Origin: an uncultured Chloroflexia bacterium
GTDB taxonomy: Bacteria; Chloroflexota; Limnocylindria; Limnocylindrales; CSP1-4
NCBI GenBank assembly: GCA_963743855.1
Contig: CAVURK010000006.1
Coordinates: 1,141,119-1,205,118, forward strand
DNA: 64,000 nt
Direction: 5' to 3'
Part shown: piece after piece, positions 60,947 through 64,000 of the stretch
How positions within the stretch are numbered: the first letter of the stretch is position 1
Layout of the letters: each line of letters starts with the position of its first letter
Translations under genes and position numbers: made by a program
Notes under the pieces: generated by a model
The model's input: only the letters and a program-made list of their open reading frames with translations
What the model was told of the DNA's origin: nothing
Databases searched by the model: none

Positions 60947-63061
60947 TCAGCGTGGCGCGTGGAAGGTCCCGGGCGCCACTACTTCGTCACGGTCAACGAC
61001 ACGGTCGATCGTGTGACTGAAGCTGCCACTGACGCCCTTGATGGTCATCGAGAATGTCCCGCGCGATGTGGTCTGGCGAGTCTTGATCGTGAGGGTCGAT
61101 GTGCCGTTCGTGATCGGGCTGAATGTCACCGTGGATCCCGACGGCTGGCCACTGAGGCTCAGCGTGACCGTTGCGTTCGATGGCGCGATCGTCACGGTGT
61201 AGGTCGCGGTGCCGCCGCGCCTGATCGACTGCGGCGCAGTCGGGCTGACCGAGAGCGTGAAGTCTTGCGCGGCGCTCGTCACCGTGACCTGGGCCGTGCC
61301 GCTGACGCCGCCGCTCGTGGCGGTCACCGTGAAGGGCCCGCCGGCCGTCGTGGCGGAGAAGACACCGGTGCCGGAGTCGATGGTGCCGCCGCCGGACACG
61401 GACCACGAGACCTGCCCCGGGCTGAACGGCTGACCGTACTGGTCCTTGCCGGCCGCAGTGAACGGTTGCTGCGCACCCACCGCGACGGAAACACTGGCGG
61501 GGGAAACGGTGATCGTCTTCAGGAATGGCGGTGCCGTCACCGTGACCTGGCCCGTGCCGGTCACGCCGCCGCTCGTCGCAGTCACCGTGAAGGGCCCGCC
61601 GGCCGTCGTGGCCGAGAAGACGCCGGACGCGCTGGTCGATGGTGCCGCCACCGTCGACCGACCAGGAGACCTGTCCCGGGCTGAAAGGCTGACCGAACTG
61701 GTCCTTGCCGGCCGCGGTGAACTGTTGCTGCACGCCCGTCTGGACCGAAACACTCGCGGGGGAGACCGTGATCGACGCCAGGTGCGGCGGTGCGCTCGGC
61801 GAGGCGATGCTGCCGCGCCCGGTCGGGCCGTCCCAGGCGACCCCGGCATGGCACAGCACCGACGGATTGCATGTCCCGTTCGAGCCGGACGTGACGTCGA
61901 AGTACGGCGTCCCGGCCGCCCAGGCGACCTGACTCGCGAGCGTCGATGCGTTGTAGCCGCCCTGCCGAGCGTAGAGGGCCGCGATGATCGGCGAGGAGAG
62001 GCTCGTGCCGCCGAAGACCCAGTACCCGGTGATGTTGTTGTAGGTCGTCCAGATCGCGAGCCCCGAGTTCGGGTCGGCATCGGCCGAGAGGTCGGCGGTC
62101 GCCTTCTTGCCCGCGCACGGGTTGCCCGGGATGCTCTGCCACGTCGGGGCGGCGTTGTACCTGGAGCACCCGCTTCCCGAGCCCGACCAGGCGGTCTCCG
62201 TGGTCCGGGCGCCCGAAATCGTCGACGGACAGCGTCGTGCCACCGACGGCGATGACATTCGTCGCCGACGCCGGGAACAGGACGCCATAGCCGTTGTCAC
62301 CCGTCGAGGCTGTGACCGCGATGCCCTTCTTGGCGGCGTTGTCGTAGTTCGGGGCGAGGCTCCCCGGGTAGTCGCCCGAGATCCCGTAGCTGTTCGAGAT
62401 CGACACGACGTGCGTGGTGTTCGACGCGGTCGTCACGGCCGTCGCGAGGTTGCCGACCGAGGGCGAGGTCGCTTCGAGAAGCAGGATGCTGCACATCGGG
62501 CAGACGGCCGAGGCGGCCGCGAGATCGAGGTCGATCTCGTTCGACCAGCCGGCGTCGGCGGACGGCAGGGACGTGCCGCCGGTCTGGTTCGTCTTGGTGA
62601 AGCAGGGGCTGCCCGCCGAGCTGGTCAGCGCCGGTGAGGGTGGCCAACGTGCAGCTCTGGATCGCCGGCAGGTGCGAGTCGCTCCGGAACCTGGTCACGT
62701 TGGCGAACGCGTTCGGGTCGTCGTAGGCATCGACGATCGCGACCACCAGCGACGGGTCGCCCACGGCGGTCATGCCGTATGCGGTCCGGATGCTGGTCCC
62801 GTCGTAGTAGCTGGCGGCCGCGGCCGCGGCCGCGTCCTTGAGGGCCGCCTTGGTTCGGGCCGGCGACTCACGCCCATCGACGTAGAACGTTCGGGCGATG
62901 GCGGTGCAGCTCGCCTGGTCCGGCCCGGACTGACCGCAGACGTGCGAGTCCTTGTGACTCCAGGCCGGGGCCTTCGCGGCCACGGGCGACGCCCCGACCA
63001 CCGACAGCAGGAGGAGCGAGGTGGCGACGACGGTGGCGAGGCGCTGGCCGAACGAGATCAT
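60947..63061 (-). pseudogene. secreted S8/S53-family serine peptidase with two tandem Ig-like (Big_2-type) domains and a C-terminal beta domain, at least 4 frame changes
   Basis: ATG 63061 follows GGAAGGG. The signal peptide is ATSLLLLSVVGASPVAA. VVAIVDAYDDPNA is in ORF 62297. SISNSYG...VTASTGDNGYG...IAVGGTTL is in ORF 61582. FGGTSLSSPIIAALYA and the first ITVSPASVSVQTGVQQQFTAAGKDQFGQPFSPGQVSWSV are in ORF 60993. The second Ig repeat and the end are in ORF 60947..62080. Confidence 0.75.
61278..61793. repeat. two tandem ~258-bp DNA repeats encoding the Ig-like domains
   Basis: gtcaccgtgacctgg(g/c)ccgtgcc...gtcaccgtgaagggcccgccggccgtcgtggc(g/c)gagaagac recurs with a period of 258 nt (starts at 61278 and 61536). 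By eye the units are highly similar but not identical. Confidence 0.8.
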
Positions 63062-63298
63062 CGATGTGCCCTTCCGTGTCGCCCGTGACGGCCCGGAAGG
63101 CCGTCGTCCACCCAGCGACTGCGCGGATGATGCGTCCCGGCAGGAACCATGGTCAAGCGTCTGGACGTCACCGCACCGGCCCTGGTGGTGCCGGGATGTC
63201 CCGCCAAGATCCGATAGTCGTGGCATACGACCCCGGCCACCTCGCCGAAGTCATCGGCGACGAGACCTGCGTCCTGCTGGACTGGTAGGACAGACCAC

Positions 63299-64000
63299 TC
63301 AGGCGGTGACCGCCTCCGCTGAGTCCGCCGTCTCGGCGACGTCGAAGGTCGTGCGCATCGGCTCTTCGTGCATGAAGGCAACCGCGATGACCGCGATGAC
63401 CGCCCCGACGACGCCAACCCAGAACGTCGCCGCGATCGCGATCGAGAACGCTTCGTAGATGGCATGGACGATCGCCGGGATCAACGGCGCGATCTGAGGC
63501 TGCTGAGCGGCCGGGACGCTTGCCAGGATCCGCTGGCCGAGGTCCCCCGTCCCGGTGAGGTCCACCCCGCCGCCTCCGGCGAACCCGTCCACGACCTGCT
63601 GGGGCACGCCGGCCGCCACGAGCTGTTTCGGGATCTCGGACACGAGGCGGGTCGCCAGGAGCGATCCCGCCAAGGTCAGCCCGATCGTGCCGCCGATCTG
63701 CTGGAAGAACGTCAGGCTGGCCGTGGCCACCCCGATCCGGGCGGCATTGACCGAGTTCTGGACGACGAGCGTGAAGACGGCGAAGGACGGACCGATGCCC
63801 AGACCGGCGATCACCATCCAGAACCAGAGCACGGGCCGGGGCGTCTCGGCGGTGAGCTGGGTCATGAGCGCGAGGCCAACCGCGAGCATGACCAGCGAGA
63901 CGAGCATCAGGATCTTGTACTTCCCGGTCCGGGCCACGATCTGCCCCGACATCGTCGCGCTCACGATCAGGCCGCCAACGAGGGGCAGGAGGTTGTAGCC
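63299..64000 (-). CDS. MFS transporter, C-terminal part (5' end beyond window edge)
   Basis: ORF 63299..63964 continues open to the window end: YKILMLVSLVMLAVGLALM...WFWMVIAGLGIGPSFAVFTLVVQNSV...FFQQIGGTIGLTLAGSLLA. This is typical of the DHA2-family C-terminal half. Confidence 0.8.
   Translation of the reverse strand, partial: GYNLLPLVGGLIVSATMSGQIVARTGKYKILMLVSLVMLAVGLALMTQLTAETPRPVLWFWMVIAGLGIGPSFAVFTLVVQNSVNAARIGVATASLTFFQQIGGTIGLTLAGSLLATRLVSEIPKQLVAAGVPQQVVDGFAGGGGVDLTGTGDLGQRILASVPAAQQPQIAPLIPAIVHAIYEAFSIAIAATFWVGVVGAVIAVIAVAFMHEEPMRTTFDVAETADSAEAVTA

Overview
Very GC-rich (by eye, not computed) bacterial chromosomal segment with an Actinomycetota- or Chloroflexota-like gene set (F420 biosynthesis, AceE-type E1, EttA, many lipoproteins). 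I can support about 60 protein-coding loci. I found no rRNA, tRNA, CRISPR array, transposase, integrase or phage genes. From 0 to 44 kb the content is mostly housekeeping, envelope and redox genes: a PQQ sugar dehydrogenase, a glycogen-debranching-type glucosidase, a class A PBP, corA, aceE, pncA, mtnP, an EAL/PPOX/LLM/cofD/cofC/cofE operon, an AAA+ ATPase operon and ettA. From 44 to 63 kb there is a signalling, transport and secreted-protein block: a ParA/MinD-like ATPase, a large permease-like protein, solute-binding proteins, a hybrid histidine kinase with Hpt and response regulator, a MerR-cyclase fusion and an S8/S53 peptidase. The ORF track accepts GTG/TTG starts and contains many long Arg/Gly/Pro-rich shadow ORFs antisense to real genes, which I reject. 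The dominant unusual signal is that at least 22 otherwise well-conserved genes are interrupted only by one-base frame changes, often in short G/C runs. These are concentrated at 44-63 kb, while some genes inside that zone are intact. This is either real gene decay or uneven assembly indel error, and I cannot tell which from sequence alone. Other leads are an SD-sequestering hairpin in front of a YbjN-like/AAA+/Zn-ribbon/NTF2 operon, a repeat-rich 280-bp intergenic element with perfect 21-bp inverted repeats, a 19-bp tandem duplication at the cofC/cofE junction, an EAL gene translationally coupled into the F420 operon, and a 23-codon hydrophobic ORF just upstream of corA. I do not see a clearly novel multi-gene system that I can name with confidence. 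The candidates are ranked by interest in the findings.
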